Origin: Acidobacteriota bacterium
GTDB lineage: Bacteria > Acidobacteriota > UBA890 > WLXD01
NCBI GenBank assembly: GCA_965248695.1
Contig: CBDFKD010000002.1
Span: forward strand, 64,001 to 128,000
DNA length: 64,000 nucleotides
Direction: 5' to 3'
Shown here: positions 48,399-60,655 of the stretch, one piece after another
Layout: each line of letters begins with the position of its first letter
How positions within the stretch are numbered: position 1 is the stretch's first letter
Program-made: the position numbers and the translations under genes
Notes under the pieces: generated by a model
Databases searched by the model: none
What the model saw: only the letters and a program-made list of their open reading frames with translations
What the model was told of the DNA's origin: nothing

Positions 48399-51161
48399 AT
48401 GTCTCACGCCGGTAGCATGTCCATGGGACTCGTGGTCCTCGGTGCGGTCGCGCTCGCCGCGACGCCGACAACGGCGGCGCCGCGGGGTGTGCAGAGAAGC
48501 CCCGAGCCGGCAGCCAGGACTACGACGGCGCCGAGTACGCGGACTCCGGCAGCGCCGAGCGCCCAAGCGCCGGCGGCCCGGATCCGCGTCAGTACGCTGG
48601 ACGCCGACGGCGCAGGCATCGAAGGATTGCTGGTGCAGGTGCTGGGGCCGGCACGCCAAGTCATGCGCGAAGCACGCTCGGACGCAAGCGGCTCGGCACT
48701 CCTGGATGAGCTGCGCTTCGGTTCGTATGAGCTGCGCATCGTCAGCACTACCTACGCCGACGTGTACCGCGTGCTCGATCTCCGACAAACGGAGCTAGTC
48801 GTCGAGGTAACGATGCTCCCGGCCGGGGTCGAGGAGCGGGTTACCGTGACCGCGGCACGAGGAACCCTGCAAGAGGAGACTCGAAGTCCCGCCACCGTGC
48901 GCTCACTCGACGAGGTACGTCTGAAGGCACGGGCAGTCGACCTGCTCCCGCGGATGCTCGATGAGGAGCCGGGCATCCTGACCCAGCAGACCACGCCGGG
49001 GCAGGGCTCGCCGATTCTCCGTGGTCAGAGCGCCCAGGCAGTGCTCTACCTGCTCGACGGTGTGCGCTACAACAACGCCACTTACCGTGCCGGAAACACT
49101 CAGTATCTGGCCTGGATTCCCGACGTCGCGGTCGACTCGGTGGAGGTTCTCCTCGGTCCGGCAGGCGTCAACTATGGTAGCGACGCGCTGGGAGGCGCTG
49201 TCAACGTCATCAGCAAGCCTCTTCCCGGGTTCGCGCCCGACCACACCCGCTGGTCAGGGAGCGTCCGCATGTTCGGCCAATCGGCGTCGAACGGCGGCGG
49301 CGCCAACGCCACGGTCGGCGGCTCCGGTCGCAACTGGGCCGCCTACCTCGCCACCAACGCCAGCGTTCACGGCGACCTGCGTGGTGGCCGCGGTGTCGAT
49401 TCACACCACTCGACCGTCCGGTTCCTCGGCTTCGAGCCCCAACAGGTCCGCAGTGCTTTCGGCACGCGCTATGGCGATACCGGGTACTCGGCCACTGGCC
49501 TGACCGCCAAGGCCAGCCTTCAGGCCGGCGCCGGTACGGTCTCCGGATACCTTGTGCGCTCAGAGCAATACGACGTGCGCCGATACGACCGGCTACTAGG
49601 CGGCGATGGTCGTGTGGTGGCTGCCTTCGATCCGCAGCAGCTGACGTTCGGATACCTACGCTACTCGCGTTTCTTCGCCAGTGAGTTTCTCCAAGTAACG
49701 CTGTCGCTCAACCGGCAGACCGACGGTCGACGTGACCAGCGCCGGCCGACCAGCAGCCTGCGTTCAGAAAGGAACCGGGACACCGCGCTCGGCTTCGCGG
49801 TGATTGGCTCCAAGAACCTGGGCGAGCACCTGCTGAGCGGTGGAATCGAGATCTACGACGAGGACGTCGACGCTTCCCGGACCGAGACCATGGACGGGAC
49901 CACGGTCGCCGTCCGACCGAGAGTCCCCAATGGCGCGGCCTATCGGTCGCTGGGCGTCTTCTTGCTCGACGAGTGGCACGGCATCGACGACCGCTTGCTG
50001 ATCTCCGCCGGTGCCCGCTACTCGGCATTTCGCTACCGCACCCGCTCTGCCGACAGCATCATCGACGGCGAGGCCCTGGTGCCCGACACGCAAGTAACAT
50101 TCGACGACCTGACCCTCAACCTCGGCGCCAACTACGCAGCTACGGACACCTTCGGGCTATGGGGCCGCGTGGCGCGGGGTTTCCGCGCTCCGTCGGTCTT
50201 CGACTTCGGGGAGATCGGCCTCACCGGCGGGGGCTTCGAAGTTGCGCCGGACGAAGCGGTCGGTTTCGGTGCTGTGGTCGCAGATTCGGCCGGCCGTACC
50301 GCAAGGCGCACCGACAGCATCTGGCAGCCGTTGCGGCCGGAGGTGCTCTGGAGCTATGAGGTCGGTTTCAGATGGGTCGACGACGACGTGCGCGTCGAGA
50401 TTACCGGATTCGACAGCGAGTTCTCCGATGCGATCTCGCGCCGAACGGTGATCATCGACGATCCGGTCGTCGGCCAGACGATCGGCGGTGAGACGATCAT
50501 CGGCCAGGATGCCGCCGGGCGCGTCTTTGTCGGCGCCGATCCCGATCCCGTCGTCTCACGCGCCAATATCGGGCGGTTGCGTGTCTGGGGCCTCGAGGCG
50601 TTGGCACAGAAATCATGGAGCGCGCGCTGGTTGGCGACCTTGAAAGCGTCGTTCCAACGGGGTCATGAGCTCGATACAGGCTTCTTTGCACGCCGGATCG
50701 CCCCGGACAACCTCACCGCTGTGTTGCGCTGGCGCTCCGACTCCGGACGACTCTCGATCGAGGCGGTCCTCAAAGGCGCGCGGCGGCAGGCGCGATTGAA
50801 CCCCGGGGATCTCGAGGACGCACGCATCGGGGCGTTCCGCGACGCCGACGACATCACCGACTTCTTCACCAATCAGGGGCCACGGCTGGGATTGGTGGCA
50901 AACGGCGTCCTGCTTGCCACCGGTGAGACGCTCGACGAGGTCATCGATCGCGTCCTCGGTGCCGGACACGTCGGCGCCCCCCTCTTCACCTCCACGAGCG
51001 GGTGGGCGACGCTCGGGTTGCGCGGCTCGTACGCCCTGGCCGACAACCAAACATTGGTTTTCGCGCTCAGCAACCTCACCGATACCAACTACCGCATGCA
51101 CGGATCAGGCTTCGATGCCATGGGAATCAACCTGAGCCTGGCGTACTCGGTGAGCTTCTGA
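48399..51161 (+). CDS. TonB-dependent receptor
   Basis: Carboxypeptidase-regulatory-like N-domain; plug (ILRG...LLDGVR, VEVLLGP...YGSDALGGAVNV); NLTDTNY; terminal Phe. Confidence 0.93.
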   Translation: MSHAGSMSMGLVVLGAVALAATPTTAAPRGVQRSPEPAARTTTAPSTRTPAAPSAQAPAARIRVSTLDADGAGIEGLLVQVLGPARQVMREARSDASGSALLDELRFGSYELRIVSTTYADVYRVLDLRQTELVVEVTMLPAGVEERVTVTAARGTLQEETRSPATVRSLDEVRLKARAVDLLPRMLDEEPGILTQQTTPGQGSPILRGQSAQAVLYLLDGVRYNNATYRAGNTQYLAWIPDVAVDSVEVLLGPAGVNYGSDALGGAVNVISKPLPGFAPDHTRWSGSVRMFGQSASNGGGANATVGGSGRNWAAYLATNASVHGDLRGGRGVDSHHSTVRFLGFEPQQVRSAFGTRYGDTGYSATGLTAKASLQAGAGTVSGYLVRSEQYDVRRYDRLLGGDGRVVAAFDPQQLTFGYLRYSRFFASEFLQVTLSLNRQTDGRRDQRRPTSSLRSERNRDTALGFAVIGSKNLGEHLLSGGIEIYDEDVDASRTETMDGTTVAVRPRVPNGAAYRSLGVFLLDEWHGIDDRLLISAGARYSAFRYRTRSADSIIDGEALVPDTQVTFDDLTLNLGANYAATDTFGLWGRVARGFRAPSVFDFGEIGLTGGGFEVAPDEAVGFGAVVADSAGRTARRTDSIWQPLRPEVLWSYEVGFRWVDDDVRVEITGFDSEFSDAISRRTVIIDDPVVGQTIGGETIIGQDAAGRVFVGADPDPVVSRANIGRLRVWGLEALAQKSWSARWLATLKASFQRGHELDTGFFARRIAPDNLTAVLRWRSDSGRLSIEAVLKGARRQARLNPGDLEDARIGAFRDADDITDFFTNQGPRLGLVANGVLLATGETLDEVIDRVLGAGHVGAPLFTSTSGWATLGLRGSYALADNQTLVFALSNLTDTNYRMHGSGFDAMGINLSLAYSVSF

Positions 51162-51273
51162 TCCCCACGGACGAACAGATGTCCGGATCTGCGGCCGACG
51201 ACGAAACCCGCCCCGCCTTTGGCGCGTACCTGTAGTATCGAACGCGCCCGAGCTTTGCGACGGAGGACTAGCC

Positions 51274-51924
51274 ATGCAGGCCAGCCTGCTCTCTGTATTG
51301 TTGATCGCCGCTGTGGCGGCGCCGACCGCCACGATCGAGTCTGAGGGGCAGACGCGCGAGTACCAGCGCCACTTCGACGCCTCCAACCTCGACGAGGTCT
51401 ACATCGATTTCCCCATCGGGGAGCTACGAATCGAGGGCACGGGCGCGGACCGCATCGAGGTCGAAGTGAGCATCGAGTGCACCGGATGGCGGGCCCGAGC
51501 CTGTCGCGAGCGCGCCGATGACGTCGAGCTCGAGTCCGACCGCCGCGATGATCGTCTGCAGCTATCGTTTGCGGGCTTCAGCAAGTGGCGCAATCGCGGC
51601 ATGCACATCAACATGACGGTCCGATTGCCGGCACCCATCGACCTAGCCGTGGACATGAGCATCGGCGAGCTCGACCTCCGAGAGCTTGCCGGCAACGTCA
51701 CCGTGGATATGAGCATCGGCGAGGTCTCGCTGCGAATGCGGCAGGCGGATGTCGGCCGGCTGAGCATGGACACGGGAATCGGCGAGTCGTCGCTGGTGAC
51801 GCCGGCCGGCCGCTCCGAAAGCGCCGGATTGTTCACCCGCGAGCTCCGGTGGGACCAGGGCGAGGGAGAGGCACAGATCCGCATCGACCTCGGTATCGGC
51901 GAGGTCGGCGTCCGACTGAGCTAG
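51274..51924 (+). CDS. Secreted beta-strand repeat protein (DUF4097/adhesin-like)
   Basis: Signal peptide; repeated VDMSIGE-type units. Confidence 0.7.
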   Translation: MQASLLSVLLIAAVAAPTATIESEGQTREYQRHFDASNLDEVYIDFPIGELRIEGTGADRIEVEVSIECTGWRARACRERADDVELESDRRDDRLQLSFAGFSKWRNRGMHINMTVRLPAPIDLAVDMSIGELDLRELAGNVTVDMSIGEVSLRMRQADVGRLSMDTGIGESSLVTPAGRSESAGLFTRELRWDQGEGEAQIRIDLGIGEVGVRLS

Positions 51925-52028
51925 TGGCTCGACGAGGGCGCACTGCCGGTTCCGGGGCACTGCGGTAGGATCGGTCGATACCGCCTCGACTCGTGGCACG
52001 TCTCTGCTCCTCTCCGGAGCCCCTGGTC

Positions 52029-53636
52029 ATGGACGCGATCGTCTCCAAACTCGACTCCGGCAGCGCCGACACGCGAGACAACGACGCCTACCACCGCCAG
52101 CTCGCTGACGAGCTGCGCGCGCGCGTCAGCGCGGCGCGCGAGGGTGGCGGCGAGAAGTACCGCGAGCGACACAGCAGTCAGGGCAAGCTGTTCGTTCGCG
52201 ACCGCATCGAGCGACTCACCGACGACTCCAGTCCCCTGCTCGAGCTCTCGCCACTGGCTGCGCACGAGATGTACGAGGGGCGAGGCCCCAGCGCCGGAAT
52301 CATCACCGCCGTCGGACGCGTCTGCGGCCATGAGGTCATGATCATCGCCAACGACGCCACGGTCAAAGGCGGGACTTACTACCCGCTCACGGTCAAGAAG
52401 CACCTGCGTGCCCAGCAGATCGCACTCGAGAACCGGCTCCCCTGCATTCACCTTGTGGACTCTGGCGGCGCCTTCCTGCCGATGCAGGACGAGGTGTTCC
52501 CGGATCGGCAGCACTTCGGCCGCATCTTCTACAACCAGGCGCGGATGAGCGCCGCTCGCATTCCACAGATCGCCGTCGTGCTGGGCAGCTGTACGGCCGG
52601 CGGCGCCTACGTACCCGCGATGAGCGACGAGGTGGTGATCGTCCGCAATCAGGGCACGATCTTCCTAGGCGGCCCGCCGCTGGTGAAGGCGGCCACAGGC
52701 GAGGAGATCAGCGCCGAGGATCTCGGAGGCGGCGATGTCCACGCGCGCCAGAGCGGCGTCGCTGACCATCTGGCCGACGACGACGACCACGCGCTCAGAA
52801 TCGCCCGCAACATCGTCGAGAACCTGAACCTGGTGAAGCGAGTCGACGCGAAGCTGACGGAACCGGAGGAGCCGGTCTATCCGGCCGAGGAAATCTATGG
52901 GGTGCTGCCGTCTGATCCGCGCAAGCCCTACGACGTACGCGAGATCGTCGCGAGAATCACCGACGGCAGCCGATTCCACGAGTTCAAGGCGAATTACGGA
53001 GCCACACTGATCACCGGCTTCGCGCGCCTGCACGGCTTCCCGGTCGGTATCCTGGCCAACAACGGCGTGCTGTTTTCGGAAAGCGCATTGAAGGCGACCC
53101 ACTTCATCGAGATGTGTGATCTGCGCCGGGTACCGCTGGTGTTCTTGCAGAACATCACCGGCTTCATGGTCGGTGGGCGGTACGAGGCCGGCGGGATCGC
53201 CAAGGACGGAGCCAAGATGGTGCACGCGGTGGCCAACGCCACCGTGCCCAAGCTGACCGTTATCGTCGGTGGGTCGTTCGGGGCGGGGAATTACGGTATG
53301 TGCGGGCGCGCGTACGATCCGCGATTCCTGTTCAGCTGGCCTAACTCGAGAATCTCGGTCATGGGCGGGGAGCAGGCTGCGATGGTGCTCGCGCAGGTAA
53401 AACGCGACCAGTTGGCGCGCGACGGGACCGACTGGTCAGAGGACGCCGAGGCAGCGTTCAAACAGCCGATCATCGATATCTATGAGCGCGAGGGCAGTCC
53501 CTACTACGCCACCGCACGGTTGTGGGACGACGGCATCATCGACCCGGCGCAGACTCGTGACGTCCTGGGTCTGGCGCTGTCGGCGACCTACAACGCCCCG
53601 ATGCGGGAGCCGCGCATGGGCGTGTTCCGGATGTGA
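52029..53636 (+). CDS. liuB: 3-methylcrotonyl-CoA carboxylase beta subunit
   Basis: [44 protein letters not shown] and ATARLWDDG motifs. Confidence 0.93.
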   Translation: MDAIVSKLDSGSADTRDNDAYHRQLADELRARVSAAREGGGEKYRERHSSQGKLFVRDRIERLTDDSSPLLELSPLAAHEMYEGRGPSAGIITAVGRVCGHEVMIIANDATVKGGTYYPLTVKKHLRAQQIALENRLPCIHLVDSGGAFLPMQDEVFPDRQHFGRIFYNQARMSAARIPQIAVVLGSCTAGGAYVPAMSDEVVIVRNQGTIFLGGPPLVKAATGEEISAEDLGGGDVHARQSGVADHLADDDDHALRIARNIVENLNLVKRVDAKLTEPEEPVYPAEEIYGVLPSDPRKPYDVREIVARITDGSRFHEFKANYGATLITGFARLHGFPVGILANNGVLFSESALKATHFIEMCDLRRVPLVFLQNITGFMVGGRYEAGGIAKDGAKMVHAVANATVPKLTVIVGGSFGAGNYGMCGRAYDPRFLFSWPNSRISVMGGEQAAMVLAQVKRDQLARDGTDWSEDAEAAFKQPIIDIYEREGSPYYATARLWDDGIIDPAQTRDVLGLALSATYNAPMREPRMGVFRM

Positions 53637-54463
53637 CCGGGCGGCCGGCAGACCGAATCCAGGACATGGACGACGAATCGCTCACCAGACTCAAGCTCGA
53701 ACGCTCCGACGCGGTGCTGGGCGTGGTGCTCGACCGACCCGAGGTCCACGACGCCTTCGACGAGACAATGATCGCCGAGGTAACCCGGGCGTTCGCCGCC
53801 ATAGCGGCTGACACCACGGTGCGCGTCGTCGTGCTCAGGTCGACGGGCAAGAGCTTTTCCGCCGGCGCTGATCTCAACTGGATGCGTCGCATGGCGGATT
53901 GCAGCGAGTCTGAGAGCATCGACGATGCGCACCGCCTGGAGACCATGTTTCGCGCCATCGCCACCTGTCCGCGCCCGGTAGTGGCGCGGGTTCAAGGGGC
54001 GGCGCTCGGGGGTGGCGCCGGGTTCGTGGCGGCGGCTGACATCGCCATCGCATCGACAGCGGCGACGTTCGGGTTTACCGAGGCTCGTTTGGGTATCTTG
54101 CCTGGGGTGATCTCGCCGTACGTGCTCCGGAAGGTCCGCCAGGGGCCGGCACAGGCGCTATTCCTCACTGGGGCGCGCTTCGATGCCCGGCGGGCGCACG
54201 AGCTGGGCCTGGTTCACCAGGTCGTGGAGCCGGAGCAGCTGGACTCGGCGATCGATCGAGTCGTAGACGATCTGCTCGCCTGCAGTCCGGATGCGCAGTC
54301 GCGCATCAAGCGCCTGGTACCGGCAATCGCGCATCTCGATGTCGAGTCCGCCGCCGATCACACCGCGAGGGCAATCGCCGCCGCGCGCGCCAGCGATGAC
54401 GGTCGGGACGGTATGTCGGCGTTTCTGGCGAAGCAGAAGCCCCCCTGGAGCCCTTCAGAGTAG
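53633..54463 (+). CDS. liuC: Methylglutaconyl-CoA hydratase (crotonase family)
   Basis: [15 protein letters not shown] and FTEARLG; operon context. Confidence 0.85.
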   Translation: MTGRPADRIQDMDDESLTRLKLERSDAVLGVVLDRPEVHDAFDETMIAEVTRAFAAIAADTTVRVVVLRSTGKSFSAGADLNWMRRMADCSESESIDDAHRLETMFRAIATCPRPVVARVQGAALGGGAGFVAAADIAIASTAATFGFTEARLGILPGVISPYVLRKVRQGPAQALFLTGARFDARRAHELGLVHQVVEPEQLDSAIDRVVDDLLACSPDAQSRIKRLVPAIAHLDVESAADHTARAIAAARASDDGRDGMSAFLAKQKPPWSPSE

Positions 54464-54531
54464 TGGCCTGTGACAGCGGAATCGATGGCGCCGCAGATGG
54501 GATTTGCGGGCCAGATCAAGGCGTTTCGAGT

Positions 54532-56018
<1,487 letters not shown>

Positions 56019-56031
<13 letters not shown>

Positions 56032-56189
56032 AAGTGTGGTGGGTCTGGCGACAGAGTCTTACGAGGCGCAGGCCAGGAGAGAGGAGGAGGCGATGGTTAC
56101 CCCATCGTTGACGACGAACGACGCAGCATCCGCGCGCAACCCCCAGTCGCCCGAAGGGTTACGGCCCACCACACTTTCACCACAGCCTG
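56019..56189. mobile_element. 171-bp MITE-like element flanked by duplicated CTAG
   Basis: 25-bp terminal IRs CAGGC(C/T)GTGGTGAAAGTGTGGTGGG with 1 mismatch; CTAG at 56015-18 and 56190-93. Confidence 0.8.
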
Positions 56190-56205
56190 CTAGCGAGGTA
56201 CCTCG

Positions 56206-56703
56206 ATGAGCATCAGGGCTTTCCGTTGCCGCAACGTCGAGCTGAACGTCGACGCATCGCGCGATGGAGCGAGGATCCGTTTGCGTGGCAACACCGGCGA
56301 GAGCCGCGAATGGGAGACACGACAGCTCGGGACTGGAGAGTTCGGCGTACGTGAGTCGGGCGATCCTTCCGGTCAGCGCACCGTCTTCGCGGTGCGCGAG
56401 GCGGGTCAATGGTGGCTGCACGTCGCAGGCCGTACGTATCACCTGGAGCTGGCGACCAGTAGCCGGACCGCACCGTCGATTGGAGAGCTCATAGCACCGA
56501 TCCCCGGCACGGTAACCGAGATCGCGGTTAGCAACGGGGACGACGTTGAAGCAGGGCAGGTGGTGATGGTGATCTCCGCGATGAAGATGCAGCTGGAGAT
56601 CAAGGCGCCGCACGCGGGCATGATCCAGCAACTGGACCTGGCGGTCGGCGACCCGGTGGATGCTGGTCGTGAGCTCCTGCGCGTCGATGCACCCGACGTC
56701 TAG
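56206..56703 (+). CDS. Biotin carboxyl carrier protein (LiuD C-terminal part)
   Basis: APIPG...AMKMQ biotinylation motif. Confidence 0.9.
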   Translation: MSIRAFRCRNVELNVDASRDGARIRLRGNTGESREWETRQLGTGEFGVRESGDPSGQRTVFAVREAGQWWLHVAGRTYHLELATSSRTAPSIGELIAPIPGTVTEIAVSNGDDVEAGQVVMVISAMKMQLEIKAPHAGMIQQLDLAVGDPVDAGRELLRVDAPDV

Positions 56704-56767
56704 TCGCTCGAGCGGCGACAGTTTCTGAGTGGCCCGCGCGACGACACCCGGCATGCTGAATGGCCTG

Positions 56768-57682
56768 CTAGGCGTGTATGGGAACCCGTCGATACGACGA
56801 CCGCAGCGCCGCCAGCGCCCGCGAAGGCAGCGTGAGGCCGGTCGATTCCGCCAGGCGAGTGCTGGCGCTGACCAACGCCTGCAGATCGACACCGGTATCG
56901 ATCCCCAGCCGATGCAGCATTGCCACCAGGTCTTCGGTGGCCAGGTTCCCTGTGGCGCCGGCGGCATACGGACAACCACCCAGGCCCCCGGCAGCCACGT
57001 CGAAGACCGTGATTCCGGCTTCGAGCCCGGCGAGCGCGTTCGCCAGCCCGCGACCATACGTGTCGTGCAGGTGCAGCGCGATCGCCGACAGATCGAACTC
57101 GGCCGCGAGACGCTCCACCATGTTGCGGACCTGCACAGGATCGGCGACGCCGATGGTGTCTCCGATCGAGACCTCGGCACATCCCAGTTGAAACAGCTCG
57201 CCTGTCACCCGCACCACATCCGCTGCTGGAACATCCCCTTGATAGGGGCAACCGAAAGCGGTCGACACGTACCCCCGCAGGCGAACGTCGCGCTCGCGGG
57301 CACGCTCGGCAACGGGTCGGAAACGTTCGATCGACTCGGAGATGGAAGCGTTGATATTTCGCCGGTTGAACGTTTCCGACGCTGCCGTGAAAACGGCCAC
57401 CTCGCCAACGCCCGCCGCCAGCGCGCGCTCCAGGCCGAAGCCGTTGGGAACCAACGTCGGGAACCTGACGCCCTCTCGCCGCTCGATGCGCGCCATCACG
57501 TCGCTGGCATCGGCCAGCTGAGGCACCCATTTCGACGACACGAAGCTGGTGGCCTCGACGGCCCGCAGCCCGGTGGCAGAAAGAGCGTCGATGAACTCCA
57601 CCTTGATGTCGGTGGGGATGAAGCGGGCGAGGTTCTGGAACCCGTCTCGCGGCCCGACCTCATACACCATCACGCTCGGCAT
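56768..57682 (-). CDS. liuE: Hydroxymethylglutaryl-CoA lyase
   Basis: EVGPRDGFQN, GDTIG, HLHDT and GLGGCPYA...GNLATED motifs. Confidence 0.93.
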   Translation of the reverse strand: MPSVMVYEVGPRDGFQNLARFIPTDIKVEFIDALSATGLRAVEATSFVSSKWVPQLADASDVMARIERREGVRFPTLVPNGFGLERALAAGVGEVAVFTAASETFNRRNINASISESIERFRPVAERARERDVRLRGYVSTAFGCPYQGDVPAADVVRVTGELFQLGCAEVSIGDTIGVADPVQVRNMVERLAAEFDLSAIALHLHDTYGRGLANALAGLEAGITVFDVAAGGLGGCPYAAGATGNLATEDLVAMLHRLGIDTGVDLQALVSASTRLAESTGLTLPSRALAALRSSYRRVPIHA

Positions 57683-57763
57683 GCTCTGTGTCCCGCCAGT
57701 AACCGGACTGGGTGTGGCAAAATCAGCGGCTCGGTGCCCGCTATCATCGCATCACGTTTTATT

Positions 57764-57781
57764 ATTAAATAAATGTTTAGT
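57764..57781. promoter_or_regulatory. Probable TetR operator
   Basis: Imperfect AT-rich palindrome ATTAAATAAATGTTTAGT between divergent lyase and TetR genes. Confidence 0.45.
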
Positions 57782-57819
57782 TAGCTCAACAATGGAGACT
57801 CCGATGGTAGGTTCACTCC

Positions 57820-58482
57820 ATGGTTGACGGACCGACCTCGCCGCGGAAAGGCGCACGCAACACAGGTGGGACGCGCGAAGCGCTCATGAGCGCCGCCACC
57901 GACCTGTTTGCCCAGCGCGGCTTCGAGGGGACGCGTGTGGACCAGATCGCCGAGACGGCGGGCGTCAACAAGGCGATGATCAGCTATCACTTCGGCGGCA
58001 AGGGCGCGCTGTACAATGAGATCTTGCGCGAGACGTTCGCCGACGCGCACCGACGCTTCGAAGCGATTCGGAGCTCGGACGATCCGGCCGACGAGCGCCT
58101 GCGGGCGTTTATCCAGACGTTCGCCGATCTCGCGCTGCTGCGTCCGGCACTCCCGGCCATGGTCCTCCGAGAGGTGATGTCCGGCGGACTCCACATCGAG
58201 AAGGATCTCCTGCCGAAGCTCCTGGCCATCTTCGGCCTGGTGCAGGAAATCATCGATCAGGGGATCGCGCAGGGGACGTTCTCGGCCGTAAACCCCTACC
58301 TGACGCATATCAGCCTGCTCGGCAGCCTGGTTTTCTTCTTCGCGTTCGCGCCCATCAGGGAGCGCATCGAGGACGGCAGGCTGCCGGTCAGTGTGAACGA
58401 AGTGCGCGAGTACGTCCGCCACCTGCAGCAAGTGCTCGGGCGCGGGCTGGCGCCGACGGTGTCGGATCCGTCGCCGGCCTGA
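57820..58482 (+). CDS. TetR/AcrR family regulator
   Basis: LFAQRGFEGTRVDQIAETAGVNKAMISYHFGGK HTH. Confidence 0.93.
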   Translation: MVDGPTSPRKGARNTGGTREALMSAATDLFAQRGFEGTRVDQIAETAGVNKAMISYHFGGKGALYNEILRETFADAHRRFEAIRSSDDPADERLRAFIQTFADLALLRPALPAMVLREVMSGGLHIEKDLLPKLLAIFGLVQEIIDQGIAQGTFSAVNPYLTHISLLGSLVFFFAFAPIRERIEDGRLPVSVNEVREYVRHLQQVLGRGLAPTVSDPSPA

Positions 58483-58497
58483 TCGTCCTGGTTGGCC

Positions 58498-60024
58498 CTA
58501 GCCGACCAGCGGGAACGCCGAGGCAAGCAGCCAGCCGAAGAACATCCCGGCACCGATCCCATAGCCCCACGGCCGGTTGATCCGACTACCGACAATGGCA
58601 AGGCAGCCGATATAGAACGGCAGCACTGGCAACATGAGAGCCACGACCCGCATCGTCGGTACCAACGCGGAAACCAGCAAGAGCCCGACGATGAGCGCCG
58701 CGGCCTGCACCAGGTAGGCGGGCCAGCGACTACGGCCGCGGGGGTCGCCCTGCATCAGCTCGGCGGCAGTGAACCACGGTATGCACGCCAACGCGAAGAT
58801 CGGGAATCTGGCCAGCCTCGTCGACACCAACCGCCAGTTCAGCCACACGAAATCGGAAGTCGCGCCGATGACAAACCACAAGAACAGAAACAAGCCAGCG
58901 CCCCACAGGACGTCGCGACCAGAGGGCGGACCGACGCGAAACCCGACGACCAGCGCCAGCGTGCCAGCAATCAAGAGCCAAAGCGCCAACCCGCCACCAA
59001 CCATCATTCCGCCAAGGTTGCCGACGTCGACCCATCGCGCCAACAGCGCCACCAGCAGGCTGGCGACAACGGGCGCTCCCGCTAGCGCCACCCACTGCAT
59101 CGGCCGACGCACCACGTGGAGCTCGCGGTCCGTATCGCGTCGATACACCGGGGCAAGCGACATGAGGACGAACAACCAGCCGGCGACGTGTACGAACCAC
59201 CAGGCGATGCGTAGGTCGCGGTACTCGACGCGCTCCGAGGGCGCGAAGTCCAGCGACTGGTCGAGCCACTGTATGACTCCCTGATGGCTGGCACTGCGAA
59301 AGAGAATCGAGAGATGATCGGCGGCGGTGATCGGTACCAGGGCACGGGCTCGCCCGCTGGCGAAATCATCACTAGGTCCGCCTGCACGCTGTAGCAAGAA
59401 CTCTCCGTTGCGCAGGTAGGAACGATCCCAGGTGCCAGCCTGGAGAAGCAGATTGCGGGGCGTCGAGCTCGTCACCTCCGCCGCGACCGGAGACACGGCC
59501 ACGGTGGCCCGATAACGCTCCGGGTTGCGCCGTGCTGCCGCCATCGCCGCGCCGCTGCCCATTGAGTGGCCCAGCAGAGCAATACGGTCCGCATCGACCT
59601 CGGGCTGGGCTACCAATACCTCGTAGGCGTGATCAATGCCCTCTTGCAGCGCCTCGGGGTCGAAGGCCAGGGCGTTGCGACCGTGGCCGGTGAAATCAGT
59701 CAACACGACCGCATAGCCGGCAAGCGCCAGCGTGTGCGCGTAGCCGAGCATCAGCCGCTCCGAGGCGGCGAAACCATGCGCGATGATGACCCCGGGGACG
59801 AGAACACCCGCCAGCTCCTCCTCGTGGTCGATCGCCTCGCCGGCATGACTGAGTCGATGTTGCTCTAGCCGGTAGAGCGGGTCGGTGACCATGAAGCGCA
59901 TCGGATGCCCGGCCCGGGTGGACTCACGAGTCAGCAGGCCCGAGCTCGCGTTCGCCAGCGGCACGGTCGAAACGATAAGCAACAGCAAGCCGACCGCCAT
60001 TCGTACCGCTGGACGAGACATCAT
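58498..60024 (-). CDS. Alpha/beta hydrolase with C-terminal multi-TM domain
   Basis: AHGF, GHSMG, DH; hydrophobic C-terminal half; ATGA overlap with the upstream gene. Confidence 0.85.
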   Translation of the reverse strand: MMSRPAVRMAVGLLLLIVSTVPLANASSGLLTRESTRAGHPMRFMVTDPLYRLEQHRLSHAGEAIDHEEELAGVLVPGVIIAHGFAASERLMLGYAHTLALAGYAVVLTDFTGHGRNALAFDPEALQEGIDHAYEVLVAQPEVDADRIALLGHSMGSGAAMAAARRNPERYRATVAVSPVAAEVTSSTPRNLLLQAGTWDRSYLRNGEFLLQRAGGPSDDFASGRARALVPITAADHLSILFRSASHQGVIQWLDQSLDFAPSERVEYRDLRIAWWFVHVAGWLFVLMSLAPVYRRDTDRELHVVRRPMQWVALAGAPVVASLLVALLARWVDVGNLGGMMVGGGLALWLLIAGTLALVVGFRVGPPSGRDVLWGAGLFLFLWFVIGATSDFVWLNWRLVSTRLARFPIFALACIPWFTAAELMQGDPRGRSRWPAYLVQAAALIVGLLLVSALVPTMRVVALMLPVLPFYIGCLAIVGSRINRPWGYGIGAGMFFGWLLASAFPLVG

Positions 60025-60470
60025 CGTTGCCCCTTGGGCGGTCGGTCCTTCAACCGATAGACGAATTTGAGGCCTGACCAATCTGCGTCTACAGCGCAGA
60101 TCTTCACATCGACGAGCCCGCCGTCGAGACCTGCCCGCCGGACGTCGGACTCGGCCAGATCCTTGGGCAGATCGGACGCCTTCTTCGGCCATGAGATCCA
60201 CAGCGTGCCGTCGCTTGCCAGGGCTCGCTTAAGGGCCGGAAAGCGACGACAAAGCTCAGCATGGCTGGCAGTGAAGAAGTGCACGAAGTCCATCCCCTGC
60301 CCCAGACGCTGCAGCACGCGTACTTCGTCCGGAAGCGGTCCGAGCAGCGTCCGATAGTGGCCCGGGGCGCCGACGAACGCGACTCTCATTCCCGTCTTGA
60401 TTCCGAGCTTCTGCACCAGTGGTGTGCCCGAGTACCCGGCACTCACCGGGGCTCCGTCCGGCGAAGGCAT
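60021..60470 (-). CDS. DUF3052 family protein
   Basis: AGYSGTPL..KLGIK, WISWPKK and GLVDVKICAVD..WSGLKFV. Confidence 0.85.
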   Translation of the reverse strand: MPSPDGAPVSAGYSGTPLVQKLGIKTGMRVAFVGAPGHYRTLLGPLPDEVRVLQRLGQGMDFVHFFTASHAELCRRFPALKRALASDGTLWISWPKKASDLPKDLAESDVRRAGLDGGLVDVKICAVDADWSGLKFVYRLKDRPPKGQR

Positions 60471-60655
60471 GCTGAGCGCTCCTCTGTCTGCACCAGTCGG
60501 CCACCGTCTCCGTGTGAGTGAGACGACCGCGAGTCGGCAATGTCCTGTGCAAGAATAGTCGCCCCTGCGGCAAAGCGAGCGACATATCCAAACCGCTAAT
60601 CGAAACCGTACGCCAAAAGCCGTGCCTAGCGGCCACGGGATCCCGGAGGCGACGC

